A stretch of 64,000 nucleotides of DNA from Octopus sinensis (taxonomy: Eukaryota): the NCBI RefSeq assembly GCF_006345805.1, contig NC_042997.1, positions 154,814,001-154,878,000 on the forward strand, read 5' to 3'. Shown here one piece after another: positions 14,980-24,240 of this stretch (position 1 is the stretch's first letter; each line of letters opens with the position of its first letter). The notes under the pieces were generated by a model, which was not told where the DNA came from, did no database searches, and was given only the letters and a program-made list of their open reading frames with translations. The position numbers and the translations under genes are program-made.

Positions 14980-15031
14980 AATTTATATATAGAGGGCATT
15001 ATACATACATGCCAGAGGGCATTATACATAC
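14980..15031. repeat. Inverted repeat arm, perfect reverse complement of 20941-20992 (52 bp; inner 40 bp made of two 17-mers GAGGGCATTATACATAC)
   Basis: Base-by-base comparison: 14992-15031 is the reverse complement of 20941-20980, and the match extends 12 bp outward (AATTTATATATA / TATATATAAATT). Confidence 0.95.
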
Positions 15032-15261
15032 CTCACCCATGTGCTTCGTTGATGTTGATCGGCTTAAGCGGGGCAGGGTCGTTTATTTATGATACATTCA
15101 GGCCTGCTGATGAATACGTAAGTATGAAATCACTGTGATACAGGTCTATATTTTTTTAATGTCTTACTTTGAAAAATTGCATTCGGTGGGATTAGTAATA
15201 TTTTTGGTAGAAATGACTAATTGTCCCTCTTAGCGTGTGGCTTGTATGTATAATGCCCTCT
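15032..15261 (+). repeat. Left copy of ~230-bp hammerhead-bearing direct repeat
   Basis: Matches 20717-20958 except that it lacks AGTTAGCTGATC (12 bp) and has one T/A substitution in the T-run near 15157. Confidence 0.95.
15100..15147 (+). ncRNA. Type I hammerhead ribozyme, copy 1
   Basis: AGGCCUG (stem I) CUGAUGA (core) AUAC-GUAA-GUAU (stem II, GNRA loop) GAAA UCA-CUG-UGAU (stem III) A (cleavage triplet AUA, cut 15140/15141) CAGGUCU (stem I, 7 bp incl. one G-U). All conserved core nucleotides are present. Confidence 0.9.
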
Positions 15262-15519
15262 TATTTCTTTATTATGATTATACAATCGTTACATAGAAGT
15301 ACAAATACAAGACATACATGCAAAAAAAACAATTAAGAGGTTCGATTAAAAATTTTCCATAACATTTGGATTATACATTATAAAAATTCGTCTATAAATT
15401 GTCCTTTACGTAACCAATAGAGTATTATAACATTCCATAAACTTTCGATCTTACCGAAGTTTTAAACCCCGGCAATTTATAAGGCCCCGCAGCTTTTGTT
15501 TCCTCTCCTCCCTCCATAG

Positions 15520-18500
15520 TTAAGCTGGGTTTCTGACACCCACCTTTTTTTCCACTTCCTTCCATCTTTTCTCATACACACCCCGTCGTAAGATCCTCTT
15601 TTCCAGCCCCATTTTGCTCTTCAGATGATATCTGAAGTAAGTGAGCAAGCCGGGGCCCGAGACAAAGGATCCTATCGCGACTCCTTCCATTCTTGTTCGC
15701 CACATGCATTCTTTTACTACTGCAACCGTGCAGTGAAAACATGCCTCACCTTCCTTCGAGAGTCCAGTTGGCGGTATCATCTTAATCATAGACTCAGCCG
15801 ACAGCTGTACTCGTCCCAGATGCGATAACACGTGTTCTGCGTAACTTATCAAGTCGGACAACTTCCGACAGTGTACAAAAGCGTGCTGGACGGTTTCATC
15901 GTCCAACTCGCACCTTGGACACGTCGGTGGCACTGAAATTCCGTGCCGCGATAACTTCTCGCGAACAGGTAAAGCATTCCTATAGCACTGCCAGGCCAGG
16001 GATCTTTGGAAATTATCCAAGTACCCCGTCCTGAAAGTCTTTTTAAACAGGTTGGTAAGCTGGTCTTCGTCAAACCCCAGAGCCCCTCCTAGGACGTCGT
16101 CGTTCTTTGCCTCTACCAGCCTTCTATAAAATACCGAGGTGGTATTTCCGCAGCCGGCCTTGCCCGCCTTGTGGATCAGCGTGAGTGCCTGTCGGCACTC
16201 CTTTTGCCATAAAGTCAGTTTCCATCTTTTGATGCGACCGGGTTTAAAATTCACTAAGGAGGCCGGTCTCGGGAAAACTTCCCCTGCCAGCGGACTCCAC
16301 ACCTTATCACCCTCCAGGTGGTGCCAGAGATGCTTCAGCCTCAACGCATGTCTGCGCATCATCAACCAAGGCATTCCTAACCCACCCTTTAACGGTTCCT
16401 GGCAGCAAACGGAGCGCCTCACAAGTGGCTTTCCTCCCTTCCACAAAAAGCGGAAAAGGATTCGCTCCAACTTGCTAAGCCATGAATCGGGGCAAGGGAC
16501 AACGGTCAGGCGGTAAGTGATTACAGATGCAATGAACATCTGCACCACCTCCACCCTTCCTTTCAAGGACAGAAACCTTCCGGACCAGGTCCGTACTATG
16601 GCCTCCACCTTGCTCGTCACCTCACTCCAGTTCCTCTCCGTTTGGGAGTCTGGCCCAAACCAGACTCCTAGCAACTTAACAGGGCCATCCGTCCAGTGTC
16701 CCACGACACTGGACGATATCGACTTGCTCCTCCAGGTGCCGAGGCGCAAGCCAACCGACTTGTCCTTGTTAACCTTTGCTCCTGCCACCGCCTCGTATCC
16801 TCTGATAGCCTCTTCCACACAAGGTAGCTGGGCCTCATTGGACACGATGAGGGTGACGTCATCCGCATAAGCAGTAACCGTCCTCCCACCTCCGATCTCA
16901 TCCGAGTTGCTTCCCAGCCTCTCCAACTTTCGCAGCAATGGCTCAAGAGCCAACACGTACAAAAGTGGTGACAAGGGGCACCCTTGACGAACTGAACATT
17001 CGATCGAAAACGGTTCCGTTAGGTAACCGTTTATCTGGACGGTGGACTTGATGCCGCTATACATAGCGGAGATCCACCCGCGAAATTCAGGGCCCAGTCC
17101 AGCCGCTTCGAGGACCGTCGCCAGGTACTCATGGTCTACCCTATCGAACGCTTTACTTTGGTCTAAATGGACCATTACCCCGCCCTTGCCGGTTAATTTA
17201 CCCACCCTGTCTAAGGTGTAGCGTATAAGGTGAAGATTGTCCTGGATCGACCTGCCTGGAATTGCACATGTCTGTGCTCTCCCTACAAGTTTCTCCACGA
17301 CAACCGTCAACCTTTTTGCCAACACCTTGGCCAAAATCTTTAACTCTACATTAAGTAGAGTTATGGGCCTGTAGTTACTAATGTTATCCCCCTTGCTCGG
17401 GTCTTTCTGGATTAGCGTCACCACTCCCCGGCTTACAGAACTGGGAATTCTCCCATTCTGCTGCCAGTTCGTGTAGACGCCTGCCAATATTCCCCCGAAC
17501 AAGTCCGGCATACTTTGGTAAAAGTCGTAGGGCAGACCATCCAACCCCGGCGACTTCTCCCCGGCGCATCCGGCCAGTACCCCCTCTATCTCCGCGGGAG
17601 TGATCGCTTCTTCACAGCACTCCACCTCACGCCCCGAGAGCCGCGGTCCGCCGGCCAGGAAGTCCTTTAAGGTCCTCCCCCGCTCCGGCGCCACACCACC
17701 CCCGAACACGCGGGCGAAATGCTGGTGAAGAAACTTTTGCATCTCCTCCTGTCCATAGATCTTTTGTCCCTGTTCGTCAGTTAAAGATTTGATTGAGGCT
17801 TTGTTACCTCTCTGACTCTCCACTCGACGGGCCCATCCGGCAACGTTAATACCTTCTCGTTTCCCAGCGCGTAGCTTAGCTCTGACTCTGCAACCTTCGT
17901 GTTTGGAGTTAAGGTGACGGTACAATACCGTCCTTGCCGCCATCACTCCGGATGCAGAGCCAGCTTCCATTGCCTCGTTTAGATTCTTAACTAAATCGTC
18001 CTCTATCCTAGACCTATCTAACCTTAGCTGATTGCTAAATCTAATGGACTCTGAACGAATGGCTCTTTTGAGGGAGTGCCACCATCTATTGTTAATGATG
18101 GTGCCACACAATGCCCTCTGTACTAACACCTTAATCCGGGTACGGAAGTCTTCACAATTCAAAATAGCCTTGTTCAGCTTCCAGTACCCGGGTCCCTGTC
18201 TATGACACTTGTCTAATTGCATCCTACACGTCACAAATTTGTGATCCGTGTAAGGCACAATGTGAAATTGTGGACAACTAAACGTATCCTTATCTCTTTT
18301 CTTAATAAATATCCTATCTAAATACGATCTGCGTGAGCCGTCGTTGTTACTCCACGTCCACTGTGGAACGCTCGGCTCATCCAGTCGGTAACGGTCCACT
18401 AGATCAAAGCTCTCTAGTAGACCCTTGAGGCTAGGGTTCCCCTTCCTATTGGTTGAGCCAACACTGTCGACCCGCGCTTCAAGGACAGTGTTAAAGTCCC

Positions 18501-18909
18501 CTACTAGGATTACCGTTTTCGACGTCGCTAAAAAGGGCTCCAGGTTCCGAAAAAAACCCGTCTGTCTACTCTCGTTCGGAGCGTAGACAGCTACCAACCT
18601 GAAGGACTGTTTACTTACGTGGGTCACATCCAGAACAACCAGCCTGCCTTCTGGGTCCAGAAAGACAGTACTTACCTGCAAGTCCAAGCTCTTCCTGATA
18701 AGGACTGCCACGCCTCTGCCTCTTCCTCGGCTAGGAGAAATAAATTTCTCGAACCCATTTAGAAGAGGCGAGAACGCTTGGGCCCCGTTCATCTTGGACT
18801 CGGTTGCAATAGCTATGTCTACTCCATGTGTCGTGAGGTCGTCCAGGAAGCAAATTTGTTTCCATTCCGACCCCATTCCACGTACATTCACACAACCCAG
18901 CTTAGCCAT
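15520..18909 (-). CDS. LINE ORF2: apurinic-like endonuclease + reverse transcriptase + C-terminal zinc finger, 1129 aa, uninterrupted
   Basis: APE motifs NVRG, ATES, VYAPN, GDFN, LVDRYR, TWSN, SYLDRIF, TDH. RT motifs KSPGLDGLP, YRPITLLNVELKILAK, LDQSKAFDRVDH, RQGCPLSPLLY, YADD. Cys/His motif CPRCELDDETVQHAFVHC. Confidence 0.97.
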   Translation of the reverse strand: MAKLGCVNVRGMGSEWKQICFLDDLTTHGVDIAIATESKMNGAQAFSPLLNGFEKFISPSRGRGRGVAVLIRKSLDLQVSTVFLDPEGRLVVLDVTHVSKQSFRLVAVYAPNESRQTGFFRNLEPFLATSKTVILVGDFNTVLEARVDSVGSTNRKGNPSLKGLLESFDLVDRYRLDEPSVPQWTWSNNDGSRRSYLDRIFIKKRDKDTFSCPQFHIVPYTDHKFVTCRMQLDKCHRQGPGYWKLNKAILNCEDFRTRIKVLVQRALCGTIINNRWWHSLKRAIRSESIRFSNQLRLDRSRIEDDLVKNLNEAMEAGSASGVMAARTVLYRHLNSKHEGCRVRAKLRAGKREGINVAGWARRVESQRGNKASIKSLTDEQGQKIYGQEEMQKFLHQHFARVFGGGVAPERGRTLKDFLAGGPRLSGREVECCEEAITPAEIEGVLAGCAGEKSPGLDGLPYDFYQSMPDLFGGILAGVYTNWQQNGRIPSSVSRGVVTLIQKDPSKGDNISNYRPITLLNVELKILAKVLAKRLTVVVEKLVGRAQTCAIPGRSIQDNLHLIRYTLDRVGKLTGKGGVMVHLDQSKAFDRVDHEYLATVLEAAGLGPEFRGWISAMYSGIKSTVQINGYLTEPFSIECSVRQGCPLSPLLYVLALEPLLRKLERLGSNSDEIGGGRTVTAYADDVTLIVSNEAQLPCVEEAIRGYEAVAGAKVNKDKSVGLRLGTWRSKSISSSVVGHWTDGPVKLLGVWFGPDSQTERNWSEVTSKVEAIVRTWSGRFLSLKGRVEVVQMFIASVITYRLTVVPCPDSWLSKLERILFRFLWKGGKPLVRRSVCCQEPLKGGLGMPWLMMRRHALRLKHLWHHLEGDKVWSPLAGEVFPRPASLVNFKPGRIKRWKLTLWQKECRQALTLIHKAGKAGCGNTTSVFYRRLVEAKNDDVLGGALGFDEDQLTNLFKKTFRTGYLDNFQRSLAWQCYRNALPVREKLSRHGISVPPTCPRCELDDETVQHAFVHCRKLSDLISYAEHVLSHLGRVQLSAESMIKMIPPTGLSKEGEACFHCTVAVVKECMWRTRMEGVAIGSFVSGPGLLTYFRYHLKSKMGLEKRILRRGVYEKRWKEVEKKVGVRNPA

Positions 18910-18936
18910 TGTCGGTGAGAGAAAAAATAAATGAAC

Positions 18937-20369
18937 TTACGGTTGAGAAAGGGAGCATGACAGTTTAAATCTGCCCGCTTCCCCTTCTTCCTCCCTTGTG
19001 GCCGTAGCTGCAGGGCTCTTAACCGGCGTTGTCACCGGGCTCTGGGTAGGTGTGGTTGCCGGGGTTATTACAAGTTTACCCTCCAGTACTTCTTTTGTTA
19101 CATCTCTAATCAGTCTGTTCTTTAGATGTTCCTGCAGTACTTCCTCCTTCCACCCGTCTTCCCCCACTTTTGCGAAGCGAGTGGTTGCTTTTATGTCAGA
19201 AGCCTTGCTAAATAGTTTAAATTTTGAAAGTTTATAGTATTTATATACCCTTTCGTTTTTTTCATCGAAAGCAATGATCTTATCATTTTTTTTTAAAGAC
19301 TTTTTCACATCTTGTTTTATGGGGAGGGGCTTGGCAAACTGTTTCCCAATGAATACAGTGCCATGGGGGTAGGGCTGGGGAATTTGCTTTATGTGTGTGT
19401 CTGCGGTGCTTGCTGATTTTTTCCTTGTTTGGGGAGGGGAGTCCAGGGTGTTGTCTTTTTTTCTTTTGTGTGTCACCTGTGTAAAATCCATTTGTTCGGT
19501 ACAATCCGTTTCTGTTTCTTTTCTTGTCGTCGTCTTGTTTTCTTTTTCCGCCTTCTCCCCTGCAGTGTTAGAAGCACTTTGAGGAGGGGCTTCAATGGTT
19601 TTCTTTTTTTTTAAGCAGTTCGAGCGGACGTGACCCTTCTCTCCACATTTAAAACATCTAGGTCTGCGCCCCTCCACTGACACTCTCATGGACGTTCCAT
19701 CTTCGTTAAATATCCTATCGGGCAGGTTCTCCAATATCTTGTTCTCCGCCTGAACGAGGAGTTCCAGCGTCTGTCCCTTCCAGCGTACCTCCTCTTTCTT
19801 TCTCATCTGCAGAATCGAAATCTCCCGCTCTACATTGTGCAGGACCGCCGCTGCTACCCACATAATATCATACCCTCTCGGTATGTCCTCTACCAGCAGT
19901 TTAGCTGTTCTTTTTCCCATATACGAGGGTAGCAGCATGATATCATCATTTTTCAGGGTCAACGATGACACCTCTCTTGCTACCTCAGCCGAGTCAAAAT
20001 GTGCTTCAACAGTAGCGCTGCGAGCACCTCGAACGACATGGCGAATTTTGTCCACACCGGGGACAAGCACTTTTCGACAATTTCGTTTCTGACGTCCATA
20101 ATTTTCTTTTCTTTGTAGCTATACACTTTGTATATCACTGTTTTTTCCTTTATTTCTTGTACCTTCGCTTGCGGCGGTACAAGTTTGATCTCGTTTCCTT
20201 CCATTTTCACCAAGTTCCTAAATTCGAATAGTTGTTCGATCTTGAATTCAACGTCCATCATGGTTCCGCCTACCGCGGCCGAAAAAGACTGTTTTGTTAC
20301 TTCCGTGTCCTTTAATTCACTTGTTCCCATCGCGGGAAAATCATTCTTCGACGCCAAGTCGAAATCCAT
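18937..20369 (-). CDS. LINE ORF1 (gag-like, RRM-like region + CCHC knuckle), ~477 aa if one base is restored at ~20071
   Basis: Track ORFs 19980-20369 and 18937-20070 join as ...NEIVEKVLVPGVDKIRH... when one A is added to the GAAAA run (plus-strand TTTT 20071-20074); span 1433 = 3x477+2. Contains CFKCGEKGHVRSNC. Stops 27 nt before the ORF2 ATG. Confidence 0.88.
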
Positions 20370-20546
20370 TTCTCAAAAAAATTACCTCGAAGGTAATAAC
20401 AATTTTAAATACAGAATTTTCTGCCCCGTAGGGCGAAAATTACCGTTACACAACGGGCACTGTTCAAATAACAATTAACACAATCACCGATAAGCAAAAA
20501 TTCGAACTCTCTTAACAAAAGGCAGCAAATTTCTCAAAACGCAGAT

Positions 20547-21105
20547 GAAATTTTTTCTCTTATGAGGTTTTCACGCTATCTACCTGACAATTTCTTGTTA
20601 AGTTTTCCTTATTAAGTAGTTGTCCTTAATTGCTAAATTTTTATTCCGAAAAAACTTTTCCTTCCCGAAATGCAATTCGTAAAAGTATGCCATTTACAGG
20701 ATGTAATATATGTAAACTCACCCATGTGCTTCGTTGATGTTGATCAGTTAGCTGATCGGCTTAAGCGGGGCAGGGTCGTTTATTTATGATACATTCAGGC
20801 CTGCTGATGAATACGTAAGTATGAAATCACTGTGATACAGGTCTATATTTTTTAAATGTCTTACTTTGAAAAATTGCATTCGGTGGGATTAGTAATATTT
20901 TTGGTAGAAATGACTAATTGTCCCTCTTAGCGTGTGGCTTGTATGTATAATGCCCTCTGGCATGTATGTATAATGCCCTCTATATATAAATTAATATGTT
21001 CAATAAGAAATAATTATTTTCGAAATTATTCTCTTATGAGGTTTTCACGCTATCTACCTGACAATTCTTGTTAAGTTTTCCTTATTAAGTAGTTGTCCTT
21101 AATTG

Positions 21106-21108
<3 letters not shown>
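20547..21108 (+). repeat. ~1.2 units of a ~475-bp hammerhead-containing tandem repeat (retrozyme-like), terminal redundancy 20547-20635 = 21022-21108
   Basis: The 87-89 bp segment GAAATT..CTCTTATGAGGTTTTCACGCTATC..AATTGCTA occurs twice, 475 bp apart, and brackets the second hammerhead repeat (20717-20958). Confidence 0.8.
20797..20844 (+). ncRNA. Type I hammerhead ribozyme, copy 2
   Basis: Identical 48-nt sequence to copy 1; predicted cut 20837/20838. Confidence 0.9.
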
Positions 21109-21157
<49 letters not shown>

Positions 21158-21997
21158 TATATATATATTATGCAAGCCACTCCATAATATTTCCACAGTT
21201 GATTCCCAATTCTAATAATTTTTATATTTTAAGTTTAATTATTTTCTTGTATTATAGTGCTCACTTACTTAGTAAATATTGCTTTCATTATTTTATCAGA
21301 CATAATCTTTTTTAAATAAACATCATGGTAGTCCAACTATGTTTAATGTGCGAAAAAATAGCAGCGATCACATAGAGATATTTTAATACCTGTAGTATAT
21401 CAAATAGACATAGCAACATATTCCCTTGCTAATTCTTAGATAACGAGAGAAAGAACATAAGTAAATTTTAATAGGTTGTCCAATATAATTTATTTTCAGT
21501 ATGTATAAACAATAAACTAAGGATATTTACACACCGAATTTAAGTCAACAAAATATCTAATTTTTTCATCTGAAATAACGAAATAAAACTTGAAATGAAA
21601 ATATTGCAATGGATATGTATTAAGTAAATCATTATTAATGAAAACAATTAGAAGCAGGAGAGTGAGACTGTGTTGCAAATGAAAACGAAAGACTTTGTCA
21701 GAACATATTAATATTGTTTATCAAATGTTAAAACCTACTCTGCATTGAACGAAAAGCTTGGCATCAAATATTTAAATTTGTGATAGTAAATAATAGACGC
21801 TTTGAAAGTGCCTTTTTATCGATATATATTAACAGAGGAATTTGTAAAAATTTCCCAGAGTCAAACCTATAATATGCCTATTATGGAGGGTGTGAATAAC
21901 TAACAGACATCACAGAGCTTTATATGTAGATATATAGCTGAGTCAATCTGTTATATATATTTATCATTGATAATTGGTAGAATTTACATAGGTGTGC

Positions 21998-22035
<38 letters not shown>

Positions 22036-22149
22036 GGATGATGGATGGATGGATGGATGGATGGATGGATACACACACACGTACACACACAAAAATCTGG
22101 TGCTGTGAGAACACATGGGAATGGCATTTCCTTACCTTTTTCAAATATA

Positions 22150-22700
22150 GTGAAACTTTTATCCGGTCAAGAGAAAATCATTCACAAATTGTGCTGCTTC
22201 GTTTGTTGGAGTAACAATGGTTATGTTTGCAAGCCAAACAGGGTTTGTGATGTTATTTTTGAGGTCAGCATATACAAAATCATATAGACCTGAAAGAGTA
22301 CCACTTTCAAGGCAAAGGTCATTGGGTAGTTTGATTTTGAATTCACTTAGGCTTTGTTCAACAGAAATGTTACTATAGCAAACTCTCTTTTATCAGAATG
22401 ACCTTCTGTAAGAAGTCTTAAATTGGTTGTCAACTCCACTACTTCCACATGATTGCAAAGAAAAGATCTCTTTAGTGTTGCATCAACAATTTGTGATCTG
22501 ACACCATTGATTTGAAGTAGAATATTCTCCTCTTGAGATACCCTAACCAGTCGGTCATGTGTTGCGGAAACAGAATCATGTCCACGTCTCCGTGCATATT
22601 CAGACATCTATTTCAGTCGCTTTGTTCTGGTTTCATCTGATTCAGTTGCCCGCTTTTCTGTCTACCGTTGTGCCTTTGCTGCTAAATTTTCTTTTTCAGC
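22150..22700 (-). pseudogene. Helitron Rep-Hel remnant: N-terminal-like charged repeat fused to PIF1 helicase segment
   Basis: GVRSQIVDATLKRSFLCNHVEVVELTTNLRL..EFA..FLL and WLANITIVTPTNEAAQFVNDFLL resemble PIF1/Helitron helicase motifs. RATESDETRTKRL..EYARRR resembles Helitron N-terminal repeats. Confidence 0.75.
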
Positions 22701-23539
22701 TGCATGTTATAAGTGAACGTTCGTTAAAACTATCTTATTTAGCGTGCTGGAAATAGCAACGATCACATAGTTATTATTGCTATACTAACAAAATCACTTT
22801 TTCATTTAAAAGAAAAAAATTCTACCGGTATATTAAAGAATTTTTATTTTATCAAGAATTCGTGAAATTGTGCCTTGTATCAAAGTTATGCAGCTATTTT
22901 GTGTAAACATGAAATGAAAAAAAATCGTATAAATGAAAGCGTGTTAAAAACTATCTTGTTTAGCGTGCTAGAAATAGCAGCGATCACATAGTTATTATTG
23001 TAAGGCTTATAGCCTTCTAAGCAGCTATACCAACAAAATCACTTCATTAAAAAAGAAATTATACCACAATATTAAAGAATTTTCATTTTATCAAAAGTAT
23101 TCATTTAACAAACTCCGGAAATTGATAATATTCTTGAAATTGTGTCTCGTATCAAAGTTATATTGCTATTATTAAATTATCATTAATGGAAATAGAAACT
23201 AGCGAGAATGAGAGACTGTTGCAAATAAAAACGTAAAATATTGTCTGCAACGAATTATTATTTTTTATTATTAAACATTAAAAATCTACTCCGCAGTGAA
23301 TGCAATGAATATTTAAATTTATGAAGAATTGGACGCAGCGACTGAAATGAATAACTAAATTTGCGAGAATTTGGAGTTTAAAAAATTCAGTAAACTTCAG
23401 AAATCGAAATTATAGGAAATTTCTAAGAACTGTGCAAAAGTTTCTGGCTACCGCACAAACCAATCAAAATACAGTGTTTTAGAACAGAAAATGTACATAA
23501 TGAAAATGTATTGCCTAATTTACATTTCAAGAAGTTACT

Positions 23540-24240
23540 GTACATTGTTAATATTTCGTATGGATTCCCATAGTTTGAATAATTGCTTTAATGCGCCTGG
23601 GAAGAGATGCGCAGAAATCCTTCACCATCTTCACAGATATGCCATTCTCTGTGACTGAGCTCCCACAACTCTTCGAGATTGCGTTGATTCTTCTGACGAA
23701 CTCTTCTCTTTAGTTCTGTTCACGTTTGCTCGATGATATTTATGCTAGGGCTCTGGACTGGCCAATCTTTCAATACAGTAACACCTTCGTCAGCCAAACT
23801 GTTGTGTTGCATACGATCTGTGGCATGGAGCTCCGAAATGATGAAAAATCTCACCTTCATCCAAGTCTGGTATCAAACTGTCCTTCAGCAACTGGATTTG
23901 ACACTATTCAAGTTTACCGCCATTTTAACCAATTCTCTTGAACCATCACTTTTTACGTATCCCTAAAGCATCAGATTCTTACTTCAAACTTCACTGTTTT
24001 CGTTGTGTAACGTGGGTCGTTTCGCTTTCCTAGAGGCCTTCTGACAAATTCTTGCTTAATTTTTGTGGTTCTCTCACATCTTGCCCTCTCATTCAGAATC
24101 CCTACTACAAAGTATAATGACTAGGTATAGAAATGACCCCAACAGGGCCAATATTTCATCTGCAAAAAAACGCAATGCGAAACATCCACTTATAAGTTGG
24201 CAATTAGTAAAAATTTACAATAGTTTAAAGTGGCCGAAGA
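23540..24240 (-). pseudogene. Decayed Tc1-like (DD34E) transposase fragment
   Basis: Minus-strand translation across frameshifts gives EFVRRPLGKRNDPRYTTKTVKF and GAPCHRSYATQQF/ADEGVTVLKDWPVQSPSINIIEQ. TACAGTG at 23470 is a possible end. Confidence 0.75.

Larger units (their letters stand above)
15262..20550 (-). mobile_element. Full-length non-LTR retrotransposon, Tx1/L1 clade (5'UTR ~180 bp, ORF1, ORF2, ~258 bp 3'UTR ending AATAAAGAAATA)
   Basis: Two tandem ORFs: zinc-knuckle ORF1 and APE-RT-zf ORF2. GC content is higher than the flanks. 3' junction at 15261/15262 with a short A-rich tail; 5' junction where homology to the 21022-21108 repeat begins (~20547-20556). Clade assignment is from motif style, not a phylogeny. 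Confidence 0.92.

Noticed and set aside
15032-15261. 230-bp target-site duplication
   Set aside because: Far longer than known TSDs, the copies differ by a 12-bp indel, and this would not explain the 20547/21022 duplication.
15625-20478. Plus-strand and alternative-frame ORFs overlapping the LINE (e.g. 16139-16516, 16517-16870, 20128-20478)
   Set aside because: Antisense shadows of GC-richer coding sequence; no recognisable motifs.
15032-20958. LTR retrotransposon interpretation of the 230-bp direct repeats
   Set aside because: No TG..CA ends, PBS, PPT, integrase, protease or RNase H; the enclosed ORF2 is an APE-type LINE; the repeats are better explained as tandem units interrupted by insertion.
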